From the NCBI GenBank assembly GCA_963847445.1, contig CAWJZV010000026.1, positions 1 through 64,000 on the forward strand: 64,000 nucleotides of DNA. The letters run 5' to 3'. Under the pieces are notes generated by a model. It had not been told where the DNA came from. It worked only from the letters and a program-made list of their open reading frames with translations, and searched no databases. Shown here piece after piece: positions 1-12,520 of this stretch (position 1 is the first letter of the stretch; every line of letters starts with the position of its first letter). Source of the stretch: an uncultured delta proteobacterium. GTDB taxonomy: Bacteria > Desulfobacterota > Binatia > UBA9968. Made by a program: the position numbers and the translations under genes.

Positions 1-3
1 CAA

Positions 4-34
4 GCAGGCCCAGGGTCTACGACCCCAGGCCTGC
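4..34. repeat. GC-rich hairpin (REP-like or terminator) downstream of the amidohydrolase
   Basis: GCAGGCC..GGGTC-TAC-GACCC..GGCCTGC inverted repeat. Confidence 0.45.
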
Positions 35-70
35 CGATTTCACCTAGATCGGAACCCTGACAGCGCTTGC

Positions 71-1205
71 TCACGCCCCCAAACCAAACGCCTTGGTCGG
101 ATTGTCCCACAATATCTTAGTGCGTGAGGCGCGCGAGATCTTGTCGTTGCTGCTGATCGCGCCGACGGTCTTGTCGGGGAACTTATCGATGGCGTCGCTG
201 TGCGGGTAGTCGGTGGCGATCATCAGGTAATCGTCGCCGACATGCTCGACAGAACACCGGCGCCAATTCCTCGCCGGCTTCGCAGCTGACCCAGCAATTG
301 CGCTTGAAGTAGTAGCTCGGCTTTTCTTTGGTGATCTTGGCCGAGCCGTGGGACTCATGTTCCCAGTGTTCGTCCATGCGCTCGAGCCAGAACGGCACCC
401 AGCCGCAGCCCGATTCGAGATGGGCGACTTTGAGTTTGGGAAACTTTTCCAGCACGCCGTCGGCGCAGAAGTTCAAACAGGACAGCATCTGTTCGAGCGG
501 ATGGCAGGCAACATGGCGGCCAAACTCGCTGTAACGATCGTTGCCGGCTTGCGGCAGAATCGTCCGCGCGCCTTCGTGGACACAGATCGTCACGCCCAAT
601 TCGGAGCAGACATCGTAGATCGGATAATAGTCCGGGCTGGAAAACGTCCGGCCGCAGAATTTGTTCGGGCGCCAGAAGATGCCGACCAGCCCCAACTTTT
701 CGCGCGCGTACCTAACCTCGGCGGCAGCGAGCTTCGGGTCTTGCAGCGGGATCAGCATGACACCGTAGAGCCGCCTGCGGTCATAATCGCAGTAATCGGC
801 CAGCCAGGTGTTATAGGCCCGGCAAATCGCCGCGCTCAGTTCCGGATCGATGTCGTCGCGCCACATGATGTACAGACCGATGGTCGGAAACAGCACCGAG
901 ACATCGATGCCTTCGCGTTCCATGTCGCGGACATTGGAAGCGGGATCGAATTTGTTGGCGTAGGCATCGGCGAAACATTCGCGCCAGCGCTTGGACGATG
1001 AAAAGATATAGCCGTAGTCTTCCATGATCCGGCCCGGACGGATCGCCGAGTCGGAAACCGGCTTGCCGTCAACTTCGCGCACGGTCTGGTTCGGACCGGC
1101 CAAGCGCACCCGGCTCTTAAATTTTTCCGGCAGGTATCTTTGATACAAGTCGGTCGGCTCTAAGATATGCCGGTCGGCGTCGATGACTTTGAATCCATCT
1201 TTCAT
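71..1205 (-). CDS. Amidohydrolase family protein (Amidohydro_2), one frameshift near 250
   Basis: Start MKDGFKVIDADRHILEP after a GGAGAG RBS; motifs CVHEG, HLESGCGW; C-terminal 'IATDYPHSD...ILWDNPTKAFGL' lies in ORF 71..358. Confidence 0.9.
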
Positions 1206-1320
1206 TGCAGCTCTCCTCCGCTCCTGGATGATTGTGATCCTTAACCAGGTTCTCTCATGTAAATAGATCAAACCGGCGCTTGCGGCAAGACCTACAATAG
1301 CCGTTGGGCCTGCCTCGCCG

Positions 1321-2791
1321 TCAAGAAATTCGCGACCGCCCTGAACGCTTGACACGGAAATCTCCCAGCCACCGCCCAGACGCTTTGTAGAGCGCGACCA
1401 GATTGGACGCCAGATTCGCTTCGCTCTGCGCGAGATCGTTTCCGAGGCGAAAACGCTGCGTTGGGCATCGAGGACGTTGAGAAAAGCCACCAGCCCCTGC
1501 GTGTACAGATCTTCGGCCATGCGCATGGCGCGGCGATTGGCGCTCACCGCTCCGAGCAACGAGCGATAGCGGGTTTGCTCTTTGCCATAGTTGACCAACG
1601 CACTTTCGACATCGTCGAGTGCCGGTCAAGCACCGATTTTTCGTAGAGCCGCAACGCCTGTTCCTGCTGGGCGTTGCGAATCTCGATATTGGCGCGAATC
1701 TTTCCCGCATCGAACACCGGCCAGGTAATCGTCGGGCCGATGGACCAGAAGCGGCTTCTGCCGGTGAACCAATCGCTGGCGCTGATGCTTTGCAAACCGA
1801 AGGCGCCGGTCAGGGAAAATTTCGGATAGAGATCGGCGGTGGCCGCGCCGACCTGCGCCGTGGCGGCGGCCAATTGGCGCTCGGCACGGCGTATGTCGGG
1901 ACGGCGCCGCAACAGTTCCACCGGCAGCCCGACTTGCGCTTGAGGCGGCAACGCGGGAATCATGCCGGCTCTGCCAATTCACTCCTCAGCAACGCCCGGC
2001 TGAGCGCCCAGCAGCACGTCGAGGCGATAGACCGTCTGTTTCAGTGCGCTTTCCAGGGTAGGAATTTGCGCCTCGGTGGTCTGCGCCAGCCCTTCCGCTT
2101 GGGCGACGTCGAGATCGCTCGCTAGTCCGGCATCGAATCGTACCTTGGTAAAGCGCAACAGTTTCTCGCTGCGCCTTCAAGTTCTCTTGCGCGACCGCCA
2201 GCCGGCGCTGCAAAGCGCGCACGTCGATATAGTTTTTCGCCACGTCGCCGAGCAATGTCACGAGCACGCCGCGCCGATCTTCCACCGCCGCATCGACTGT
2301 CGCCTGGGCCGCTTCGACGCGCCGGCGCGCGCCGCCGAAAATATCGATCTCCCAGCCCGAGTCAAAGCCGGTCCGATACAGATTTTGTTCCAGACTGCCG
2401 CCCCCTTGGGGCGCCAACTGCCCCGCACGCAAAGGCATTTTCACTCGTGCGGATGCTGCTGTAGGATGCCGCGACATCCAGCGTCGGCCACAATTCGGCG
2501 CCGGCGACTCCGAGTTGCGCCGCGCGCTTCGCGAATGCGAGCTTGCGCCACCGCCAGATCCAAATTCGCTTGGACCGCGCGGTCGACGAGCGAATCGAGT
2601 ATGGGATCGTTAAATTCGGTCCACCAGCGCGACAAATCGACTGAACGGGAATCGATGCCGGTATTCCAGGCTTCGAGCCAAGCGGGTGCAACCGCGACAC
2701 TCGGCGGCCGATAGTCGGGACCGACCGTGCAGCTCGCGGAGACGAGGAAAAGGGCTAGAACCGAGCTTCGGGCGATTGAGAAATTCACCAT
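1321..2791 (-). CDS. Efflux outer-membrane factor lipoprotein (NodT/OprM family), several frameshifts; 3' end approximate
   Basis: Lipobox '[12 protein letters not shown]', '[12 protein letters not shown]', '[19 protein letters not shown]', 'LYK..GGGW' spread over ORFs 2441..3106, 1986..2477, 1544..1963, 183..1598. Confidence 0.9.
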
Positions 2792-2805
2792 ATGCCGGAG
2801 CACCG

Positions 2806-5800
2806 TTAAGGAGTCGGCGACGCGACCGTGCGGGCGCGGCGGAAAAAACGACATGCGGTCCAAGACCCGCTCCTGAAACTCCTCGAGATAGAGATAGATG
2901 ACCGGCGTAATGAACAGCGTGATGAATTGCGACACGATCAAACCGCCGACGATGACCAGACCGAGCGGCCGGCGCGAGGCGCCATCGGCGCCGAAGCCCA
3001 GCGCGATCGGCATCGCGCCGAACACGGCCGCCAGAGTGGTCATGAGAATCGGCCGGAAGCGGTCCATGCTGGCGTCGTGGATCGCCTTCTCCGCGGGCTT
3101 CGCCATGCTCGACGCGTTGCAGCGCGAAATCGACGATCATGATGCCGTTCTTTTTGACGATGCCCATGAGCATGAACATGCCGATAAATGCATAAAGCGA
3201 CGCTTGCTCGCCGAAGACCAACAGCGTCGCCAAGCCGCCCACCAACGCCGTCGGCAGGGTCGACAGCACGGTCAGCGGATGGAGATAACTCTCGTAGAGA
3301 ATCGCCAGGATCACGTACATGACGAATACCGCCAACACCATCAGCAAAGTCAGATCGCGCACGGTGTCGCGAAAGGTCAGCGCCTCACCCTGCAAGCTGG
3401 CGCGCAACGTCGGCGGCACGACTTCCGCCGCAGCTTTGGTGATAAAATCGGTCGCGTCGCCGATGGCCACGCCCGGCTTCAGGTTGAAGGAAATCGTCAT
3501 GCTGGTGAACTGATTGAGATGATTGACCGCCTGCGGTCCGAGCGACGACTTCCAGCTTACCAAGGCGTCCATCGGCACAAGCCGTTTGCCGTCATCGGAA
3601 CGAATGTAGAGCAGCGCCAAATTCTCCGCCGTCGAACGCGCCGAGTCTGCCACTTCGAGGATCACCTGATACTGATCGGCCGGTTTCTTGATCAGGTAGA
3701 CATAGTTCTGCGCATACGCGTTGCGCAATAATGCCGAGAATACGCGCTTCGGAAACGCCGTACGCCTTGGCTTGCTCACGGCGCAGATTCGATATCGAGA
3801 TTGGGCGTGTTGTTGTAAAGGTCCGACGATACGGTGAGGAAGCCCGGAAACTCTTGCAGCTTGGCCATAAGCTTTGCGCCGGCATCGTAGACCTGATTGG
3901 GATTTACGCCGGAAATGGAAAACGCATATTGCCCTTGATTCTGATTGGTCGCACCGGTGCTGATCTCAAGCACCGGAAATGGCCGCAAAAACGCGATGAC
4001 GCCCGGAATCGAGCCCAGGCTGCCCATCAGGTTGGCGACTTCCTGCTGAATCGGTCCCCGCGTTCCGGCGCGGTTTGAGAAATGTGAAAATAATGCCCTG
4101 ATTGGACGCGATGAATTGGCCCAGGCCGGCGACTTCGATGGTGGCCATGATATTGGGGTTGCGCAACAGCGCGGCATCAACCTGGTCTTGGATCGCACGC
4201 ATCTGTTCGGGGGACGAACCTTCGCGAGCGATAAACACGCCGGTCACCACACCGCTATCGCCGGGCGGCAAGAATGCCTTCGGCACGACGATGAAAAAGT
4301 ACACGGTGCCGACGAGGCAAACCAGCCAAATCAGCGCCGAGAACCAGCGATGAACGAGAAACCAGGAGAGCCCGCGCCCGTAGCGGTCGAGCACCCGTTT
4401 TTCCATGCCGCCAACTTTGCGCTCCATCCAGGTGCGCTTCGAACCCTCGCCGCGAGCTTTGAGCAGGCGCGCGCACATGAGCGGCGTCAGCGTCAGCGAC
4501 ACCAAACCGGAGGCGATAATCGAGACCACGATGGTAATTGCGAATTCGCGGAAGATTCGGCCGACCAGCCCGGACATGAAAACCAGCGGAATAAACACCG
4601 CGGCCAGCGAAATCGTCATCGATAGAATCGTAAAGCTGATTTCCTTGGCGCTCTTGATGGTCGCTTCCAGCGCCGCTTCGCCGCGCTCCATGCGGCGCAC
4701 GGTGTTTTCTAAAAACACGATGGCGTCGTCGACCAAAAAACCGATCGCCAAGGTCAGCGCCATCAACGAAAGATTGTCCAGGCTGTAGCCGAGCAGCTCC
4801 ATCGCGATGAATGTCAGCAGCAGCGAAATCGGCAATGCGACCGCGGGGATCAGCGTGTCGGTGGCGCGTCCAAGGAAAAGAAAGATCACCAAGACGACGA
4901 GCACGAAAGCGATCAGAAGCGTTTCTTTGACGTCGTTGACAGAGTTAACGATGCTGCGGGAGCGGTCGTAAAGCGGCGTGATCAGCACCGATCCGGGCAG
5001 CTCGGCGCTGATTTGCGGCAACAGCGCGCGAATGCTGTTTGCCACCTCGACGGCGTTGGCGCCGGCCTGGCGGAAAACCGCCATCACGACGGTCGCCCCC
5101 GGCACCGGATAGCCGCGCGCCCAAAAGCGCATGCTCAGCCGCTCGTCCTGGACCGAGTCGCGCACCTGGGCGACATCGCGCAAATAAACCGGCGCGTCAT
5201 TCTTGCCGCCGACGATCAACTGGCTATAGCCCTGGGCGCTGTCGAGCTGCCCTTGCGGCCGCAACAAAGTCGTGCCGTCCGCGCTATCGAACTGTCCCGC
5301 GCCCGTGTAGCTCGTGCCGCTCTTAACCGCCGTGGTCAGATCATCGATGGAAATCCCGCGCGCCCACATCGCCGAGGGATCCGCCTTGATGCGAATTGCC
5401 GATTTGGTGCCGAAAACCGAGACCCGGGAAACTCCCGGCAAGATGCTGATGCGCTGGCCGATCTGCGTGCTGCCATAATCATACAGTTGACCGCGCGTCA
5501 CGGAGTCGCTGGTCAGCGCGATGTACATGATCGGCTGATCATTGGGGTTGGTTTTTGAAAATGTCGGCGGCGACGGCAGATCCACCGGCAGACTGCCGGT
5601 GGCCTGGGAAATCGCCGTCTGCACATCGGTCGCCGCCGCATCGATGCTTTTGCTCAGGGCGAATTGAAGCGTCAGATTGGTGTGGCCCTGGGTGCTTTTG
5701 GAAGTGACCAGTTCCAGGCCATTGATCTGCATGAACTGGCGTTCCAGCGGCGTGGCAATATTGTTGGCGACCGTGTCAGGGCTGGCGCCGGGATAGTCGG

Positions 5801-5945
5801 CTTGGACTTGAATGACGGGATAATCGACCGCCGGCAGATCGTTCACCGGCAAGCGCAGGTAACTGAGCACGCCGAATAGAATCACTGACAACGTCAAGAC
5901 CATTGTCAGCACCGGTCGGCGAATAAAGGGCTCGGAGAAGTTCAC
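2806..5945 (-). CDS. RND efflux permease (MdtB/MdtC-like, AcrB/AcrD/AcrF family), frameshifted
   Basis: [12 protein letters not shown] start, '[13 protein letters not shown]', '[14 protein letters not shown]', 'RFRPILMTT' across four ORFs. Confidence 0.92.
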
Positions 5946-7081
5946 GACTTCGCTCCGGCTTTGGCCGCCTCTGGAGCCTGCTTTTTTTCCGCGGGCTGCG
6001 CGGCGATGCTAACCTTCCCTCCCGGTGTGACACCCAGTTGGCCTTTGACGACAACCCTCTCGCCGGCTTTGACGCCCTCTGTGACGACTACCAATTCACC
6101 CTGACGTTGGCCGAGCTGCACCGGCCGAAGTTCAGCCGACGAGTCATTCTTGACCACATAGACGAACGAACCCTTGGCGGATAACTGCGGGGCCTCGGCC
6201 GGCACCAAAACCGCATCCGCGCGGGTGTCGAGGACTAAACGAATTTTAGCGAATCGGCCGGGCCAAAAACGGCGATCCGAGTTAGGCAGGGTGGCGCGCA
6301 GTTTTACCGTGCCGGTGCCCTCTTGGACAGCGTTATCGAGAAAAGTGAGCTTGCCCTCGCGAGGATCACCATTCTCATCCGGCAAGCGGACTTCCACGCG
6401 CAAACTGCGCTTGGCCATGTTGCGCTGCACCGCCGTCAGATCATTTTCCGTCACGGTAAAATCAGCGTAAACCGGATCCAAGCGCTGAATCACCAGCAGC
6501 GAACCGCTGTTGGCCGCGACCACGTTGCCGATATCGACGGCCCGCTGTCCAGCCCGGCCATTGATCGGCGAACGAATCGTGCAGTACTCGAGATTGAGCC
6601 GGCCATTTTCCACTGCCGCGCGGTTTTGTTTGACCAGCGCGTCGGCGCTCTCCACCGCGCTTTTCTTGGTATCGTAGTCTTGGCGCGACACGGCGCGCGG
6701 ATCACTGACATTCTCGACCCGGGCGAAGTTTATTTTCGCCAGGCTGAGCGCCGCTTCCGCTTGCGCTAGATTGGCCTCGGCTTGATTCAATTGGGCCTGA
6801 TACGGCCGGGGGTCGACGGTGAACAGCAGTTGACCGACCCTGACGTCGGCGCCGTCAACGAAATGGATTTGCGTGATCCGCCCTGAAACTTGCGGCTGGA
6901 TGGAAACAACTTCGCGGGCAGAGATCTTACCGACAGCATCGATGTAGACCGGCACATCTTGGCTGACCGCCTGAACCACCGCCACCGGCGCAGGGGGCCG
7001 CTCGAAAGCGGTCTCACTTTTCTTGCCGCAGGCCAAAAACAAGCCGGCGCCGAGTAGTGCAAATGCCCAGGAGCTTTGCAT
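5942..7081 (-). CDS. RND efflux periplasmic adaptor (MdtA-like)
   Basis: Lipoprotein signal 'FLACGKK', 'IQPQVSGRIT', 'IRSPINGRAG', 'GTVKLRATLPN'; ATGA overlap with the permease. Confidence 0.92.
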   Translation of the reverse strand: MQSSWAFALLGAGLFLACGKKSETAFERPPAPVAVVQAVSQDVPVYIDAVGKISAREVVSIQPQVSGRITQIHFVDGADVRVGQLLFTVDPRPYQAQLNQAEANLAQAEAALSLAKINFARVENVSDPRAVSRQDYDTKKSAVESADALVKQNRAAVENGRLNLEYCTIRSPINGRAGQRAVDIGNVVAANSGSLLVIQRLDPVYADFTVTENDLTAVQRNMAKRSLRVEVRLPDENGDPREGKLTFLDNAVQEGTGTVKLRATLPNSDRRFWPGRFAKIRLVLDTRADAVLVPAEAPQLSAKGSFVYVVKNDSSAELRPVQLGQRQGELVVVTEGVKAGERVVVKGQLGVTPGGKVSIAAQPAEKKQAPEAAKAGAKS

Positions 7082-7121
7082 CCTCCGGCGCCGGCAGATT
7101 CTGCTCAAGCCGCTTCTCTGG

Positions 7122-7553
7122 CTACGCCACCAGGCGCTGCTCGTCTCCAACCACGAGTTGCGCTTTCTTTTGCGCCGCGTTCTTGTCCATCTTACCTTCC
7201 CACTGGCGCAGGCCCCGGCGGATGTACTGGGGCTCCAGGCTGAGCAAGTTGCAGACCGACACGAAGGAGCAGAACCAGGTGTCGTCATCGCTAAAAATCC
7301 ACTCGTTGGCCTCGTCGAAAATCGTCCGGCGCTTGCCGCTGGTGGCAAAAAGATTTTCTTGAAACGAACGGATGCCATCTTCCAAGATCGCCAGCAGGAG
7401 CGTGCGCTCCGCCTCCAGCGGGATCTTACGGCGAAAATTGGCCGCATAGTCTTCGCCGATCAGCGTATCGGGCTGAAACAGCGAGCCAATGCGCTCGTCT
7501 AAACCGGCGGTCTTCTTGCCGCCTTCATTATTGCTAGGTGCCTTGAACTCCAT
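7122..7553 (-). CDS. Conserved hypothetical protein ('LFQPDTL...LLAILEDGI...SFVSVCNLL.L.P.YIRRGL' family)
   Basis: ORF 7122..7664 with probable start MEFKAPS at 7553 after AAGGGGG; same strand and spacing as the operon. Confidence 0.75.
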   Translation of the reverse strand: MEFKAPSNNEGGKKTAGLDERIGSLFQPDTLIGEDYAANFRRKIPLEAERTLLLAILEDGIRSFQENLFATSGKRRTIFDEANEWIFSDDDTWFCSFVSVCNLLSLEPQYIRRGLRQWEGKMDKNAAQKKAQLVVGDEQRLVA

Positions 7554-7611
7554 AACCCATCCCCCTTTGAAATAAATAAACTGGATCTTTAAACCGGCCC
7601 CAATAACCCCA

Positions 7612-8302
7612 TTAGCTCGCCAATAATTGTAGCGCTTTCGGACTGTAATAACGGCGCGCCGCATCCTCTTTGAGGCCGATCCCCAAGAGCGCGAACCAGG
7701 TCGCTTGGGACACCAGCTCCTCGCGTGAAACCTTATAATTGATCGCCGGCACTTTGGGCCGCAGGTGCAGCATCAAGGAGAAAGCCACATGTTGGACGAA
7801 CCAAACGCAAATATCTTTGCGAAATCGGCACGTCGTGCAATTCGCCCGATTTCGCCGACGCCTGCAAGCAAGCCTCGAACTTCTTCAGCCAAGCCGCGGC
7901 GAGCTTCTTGTGCATCAATCGCACCAACTCGCCGTCATCGAGCAAACTGCGCATCAGCAGAGAATTGAGCGCCGCCCGATGGGTATCGCCCGGCCGTCCG
8001 AGCACATAGTGGGAGATCATGAAATGAACCATCACCACCAAAGTCGACGTCGACGCCTCGAACTCAAGTATGCGGCTCGCTTCGGCAAACGTCGGCCCCT
8101 TCGCACAGGCATCGAGCATCGCGTGATAGAGCGACTCTTTGCTGGGAAAGTGCTTATAGAGCAACGCTTCGGAAACCCCCGCCGCGTGGGCCAGCTCTTT
8201 GATGGTCGTGCCGTCGAAGCCCTTTTCCGCGAAGATGTCTTGCACCGCCTCGACGATCGCCTCGCGGCGCGCCTCAGCCGTCAGCCTGGGAGCATTGCTC
8301 AT
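7612..8302 (-). CDS. TetR/AcrR family transcriptional regulator; frameshift near 7820, rebuilt C-terminus ...RRYYSPKALQLLAS*
   Basis: HTH 'FAEKGFDGTTIKELAHAAGVSEALLYKHFPSKESLY'; alternative frame continues to TAA at 7612-7614. Confidence 0.9.
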
Positions 8303-8338
8303 AACGGTTAGTTAGCATTTACTCACTTAGCTTGTCAA
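8303..8338 (-). promoter_or_regulatory. Sigma70-like promoter with overlapping TetR-type imperfect palindrome; probably leaderless tetR mRNA
   Basis: TTGACA (8338-8333), imperfect palindrome AGTGAGTAAATGCTAACT (8327-8310), ATG follows with no SD. Confidence 0.65.
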
Positions 8339-8562
8339 GGGAAATTTTCGAACTTTTAACCGGCCCGAAACAAGCCCTCCTAACTAGCTAATATTAACTA
8401 ATATAATCCGATTCAAGTTGAGCCCCTGACAGCGAGACTGGGATGGCACTCACAACGGCATGAATTAGCGCTTAATTGCTGACCAAATGGAGCATCGCTC
8501 TACTTCGTCGTCTTTGCATCACCAGGTGAGCGCGAACGCCAGCCGTCGCTCAGCACGCGCCG

Positions 8563-11114
8563 CTAGCCGCGCAAGGAATCGCGCCATCGCTCCTGACATG
8601 CCACCGCGACGCGCAAGCGTTCGAGATGCTGCTCGATCTGCTTGCCCCCCTGCTTGACCGGATGGGCATGAAAAAAACTAACCACATCCTTTTCAAGCTC
8701 GGCGCCGACCAAGCCGACGACGCCTTCGCACATGCGCGGAATAGCATTGTCCGGATACTGGCGATTCATTTCAATCCAGTGCTTTTTCATGAACGACCAC
8801 GCGCGCTCGCGGCCATGCTTATTGAGCAGCATGCCGCGCATTAGAGTAGGGCGAGTTCTGCGTGCGCACCGCGCCGTTGATCGTCAACTCCAGAGTCCGA
8901 TCGATTAACCCGGCGTCGGCAAAGTTTGCCAGGGCGAAAAGATAGCGAGTCTCATCCTGCGGCGTTTGGGCGTTTTCAAATCGTGCGAAGAAATTCTCGT
9001 ACTCAGCCGTGACCGCCGGTATGGGAAAGAATCGCCACCAACGCCGGGATCACATTCCGATCCACCGATTCGCGGTTTTTTTCGTAATCGGCGAACAACA
9101 CTCGGCACGATCTTGGGTCGCCGCGTCGTCGGCGACCGTGCCGAGGGCACCGATCAGATCGCCGCGCAATTGGCTTTCCAACTCGCCCTCGCCGGGCCGC
9201 ACCGACCAACCGAGCCGCGCCAGCGCCGGTGACAGAACGACCAGAAGCCGTCTCGCCAACTTTTTACATTGAACGTCGTCGAGGATCCGCTGCAATTGGT
9301 GGAACGATGCGATCATGGTCGTCCACACGTTGACATCGGTCTCGCCGGTCATCAGGTCGATCAGTTCAAGATAGTCGGTCAGTGAAACGATCCCCGCCAG
9401 AGTCGCGGCCCAGGCGTCGTTGACCAAACCGAAACGCTCCACCGCAGTCAACTGCGTCATCATTCCCTGGCGCAGCGCGGCCAGCAATTCTTGGCTGTAA
9501 CGGACCCGGTAAAAGCCATGGGCGCCGGCGTTCACCACGACCCAATCGGCTGGCGCGTCGAGTTCGACGTTGTTGCTCTTTTTCCGTCAGCAATAGAGTC
9601 TTGTTAACCACTCCTGCCGGCGTCCCGCGCGCAGAAAGATCGGCACATGCCATCTGCGCTCGCTGTCGCTGCCGTCCTGCAGATAACGAAAGATTTGTTG
9701 CGAGATGACGGATGGTTCGGCCGGATCTCTCGACGCTGATCAGCGGATAGCCCGGTTGGAAGATCCAGCTGTCCATCAAGGCGCGCACCGGCTGTTTCGT
9801 CGACTCCTCCAAAGCATCCCAAAGATCGGTGGTCTCGGCATTGCCGTAGGCGTGTTTCTGCAAATAAAGCCGGATGCCGTCGCGAAACTTTGCCGCGCCC
9901 AGATACTGCTCCAGCATGCGCAACACCGAAGCGCCCTTTTCGTAGGTGAGCACGTCGAACATGCCGGCCGCCTCTTCGGGTCTCTCGACCGGAAACTCGA
10001 TGGGCCGGGTGCTCTTGAGACCATCGACTTGCATGGCCGCGGCGCGCGACACCGCGAAACTATCCCAACGGCGCCACTCCGGCTTCCAGGCGTCCACCGC
10101 GAGCATTTCCATGAAGGTCGCGAACGCTTCGTTCAGCCACAGCCCATTCCACCACTGCATCGTCACCAGATCGCCAAACCACATATGGGCATTTTCATGG
10201 GACACGACGTCGGCGACGCGCTCGAGCTCGGCACGGGTGGCTTTTTCGGGATCGACCAACAGCGCGGTTTCGCGAAAGGTGATGGCGCCCAAGATTCTCC
10301 ATGGCGCCCGAGGCGAAATCGGGGATGGCGATGAGATCCAATTTATCGCCCAGGATAAGGAATGCCGTAGTACTGGCTAAAATGTTCCAACGATGCCTTG
10401 CCGATGGCGACCGCGAAGTCGGCCAGCTTCTTTTTGCCCGGCACAGCCAAGACCCGCAGCGCTACGCCATCCGCCATCACCGGCTCCGTGGCTTCGAATT
10501 CGCCGACGATGAACGCCACCAGATAGGTCGACATCTTCATTGAGTCGGCGAAGCGCCACTGCCTTTTTACCCGTCCCCGGCAACACCGTCTCGTCGATGA
10601 CTCGGGCGTTGGAGATCGCCGTGAGTTTCTCGTCGATCACCAACGTCACTTGATAAACCGCCTTGAACGCCGGCTCATCCCAACAGGGAAACGCTCGGCG
10701 CGCGTCCGTCGACTCGAACTGCGTCGACGCCAGCGGCTTGTCCTGACCGTCAGCGTCTTTGTACAGGCTGCGGTAAAAGCCGTGCAGCTTGTCATTGAGA
10801 ATCCCGGTGAATTGAATCTGCAACTGATAGTTTCCCGGCGCCACAATGTCGGGAAAACTCAACACCGCCTGTTCGTTGGCTTCGTCCGATTGCACGCTGC
10901 CATGCAGCACCGCGCCGTTGGCGTGCCGCATCGAGACCGACTGGATCGATAGCTCCGCCGCGTTGAGGACGACCTCGCGCACCGCCTGGCGCACCTCTAC
11001 GGCGATCTTGACCTCGCCGGCGAAGGTCCACAGCGACAAATCCGGAGTTAGCTTGATCTCATAACGCTCGGGGATAACCGATGTGGGTAAACGGTGCGAT
11101 CTTGGTTCAGCCAT
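8563..11114 (-). CDS. M1 family zinc aminopeptidase (PepN/puromycin-sensitive type), several frameshifts
   Basis: 'TQFESTDARRAFPCWDEP', GAMEN, HENAHMWFG...WLNEAFA (HExxH-x18-E), 'YEKGASVLRML', ERAP1-like C-terminal domain. Confidence 0.92.
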
Positions 11115-11210
11115 TTTTACGCCTCATTTTGGAATTCGAATTAATTCAAGTAACCGCCGCATCGTAGTTCGGTAATTTTTCGAACTCAATGCTCCAACCT
11201 CTGAAAAGAA

Positions 11211-12516
11211 TCAAGACAAGGATGACCTCAGCGGTGCTGCGGACAGTTGCCGGAGCTTTTCACTCCAGGGCTTGATCAGCAGCGCGGTCAACAGCACCGA
11301 CACCAACAGGGTGGCGACGATCGCCCAAAGAATCGCGCCGTAACTCTGCGTCTGGTCGTACAAATAGCCGGCGATCACCGGCCCAAGAGCGCTACCCCAC
11401 ATGTAGATGAAAGTCATGTTGCCGCGGATAGTGGCGAAGTACTTGCGGCCAAAGAAGTCGCCGCTGGTCGCCCAGGTGACGGGAAACGCCGCGTCCAGGG
11501 TCGAGAAAAAGATCGTAAAAAGCCACAGCGACAACAGCGAGTCGCCAGTGCGCAAGATAATAATACCGGCGATCGGCAAAAGCATCCACAGCGACAGCAG
11601 CTTGGGCTTGTTCATCCGGTCGGCGATCCAGCCGAGAACGAAGTGCGTGATCAGGTTGAGCCCGGCGAAGATGCTCAAGAGCAGCGCCGCATGTTCCTGG
11701 GTGATGCCCTTCCACACCATCAGCGGAATGAAATGCACCATCATGGTGCTTTGCGTCCCGACCCGCGCGAGCATCGAGAAAGCCAGGCACCAAAAAGCCA
11801 AAGTCTTGAGCGCATCGATGGCGCTGACATCGGCCACACTGCGCGGCGCCAAATTTGCTCCCGCCGTCCGCGTATCGGAAACATCGTCACCGTCGGGTTG
11901 CAGGCCGACGCTCTCGGGCGACCGCTTCACTTGCAGGCTTAACGGAATGCAGATGAGCAAGAAGGCGCAGCCGGCAATAAAAGTTCCCGAGCGCCAGCCC
12001 CATCTGTGCACCACTGTGGCGAGCACCGGCGTAATCAGCATGCCGCCCACCGTGACCGCCGAACCGACTACGGTCATCGCCCGCGCGCGCTTGCGCAAGA
12101 ACCAGTTATTCGCCACCACCATCGGCGTTTGGATAAAGCCGGCCGAATACGCCAGCGAAATCAGCCCCAAGTAGACAATCAAGAAAGCCTACGTAGCTAT
12201 TCACCCAAGAGAGCGAGATATAACCGATCCCGGCCAATAACGCCGCGGCCACCATCAACGGCCGCGGTCCGAAGCGGTCGACGACATAGCCGATGATCGG
12301 CGCTTCGATGGCGCCTTCGGCGCGCGCCAGGGAAAACGCCAGAGAAGTCTGCGCGCGGGTGAGACCCAAGTCTTGACTCACCGGCAGAAAGAAAACCGTG
12401 AAGCCGTAACCATGCAGCCCGCCACCGAGCACGCGCATGGCCGAGACCACGCCGACCATGCGCCAGCCATAATAAACAGTTGCTAGCTTGCCGCGCCAGC
12501 CGGTTAATAAATTCAT
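11211..12516 (-). CDS. MFS transporter (OFA/monocarboxylate-like), one frameshift near 12185
   Basis: 'YYGWRMVG', 'GYVVDRFGPRPL', 'NNWFLRKRARA', 'DFFGRKYFATIRG'; multiple hydrophobic helices. Confidence 0.9.
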
Positions 12517-12520
12517 TTGA

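Noticed and set aside
183-1598. 471-aa ORF suggesting an outer-membrane factor/amidohydrolase fusion
   Set aside because: Chance in-frame read-through after an indel; the amidohydrolase has its own RBS and ATG at 1205.
8563-11114. Programmed ribosomal frameshifting or phase variation in the aminopeptidase and other genes
   Set aside because: Shifts are numerous, scattered over unrelated genes and lack consistent slippery sites; sequencing error is more likely.
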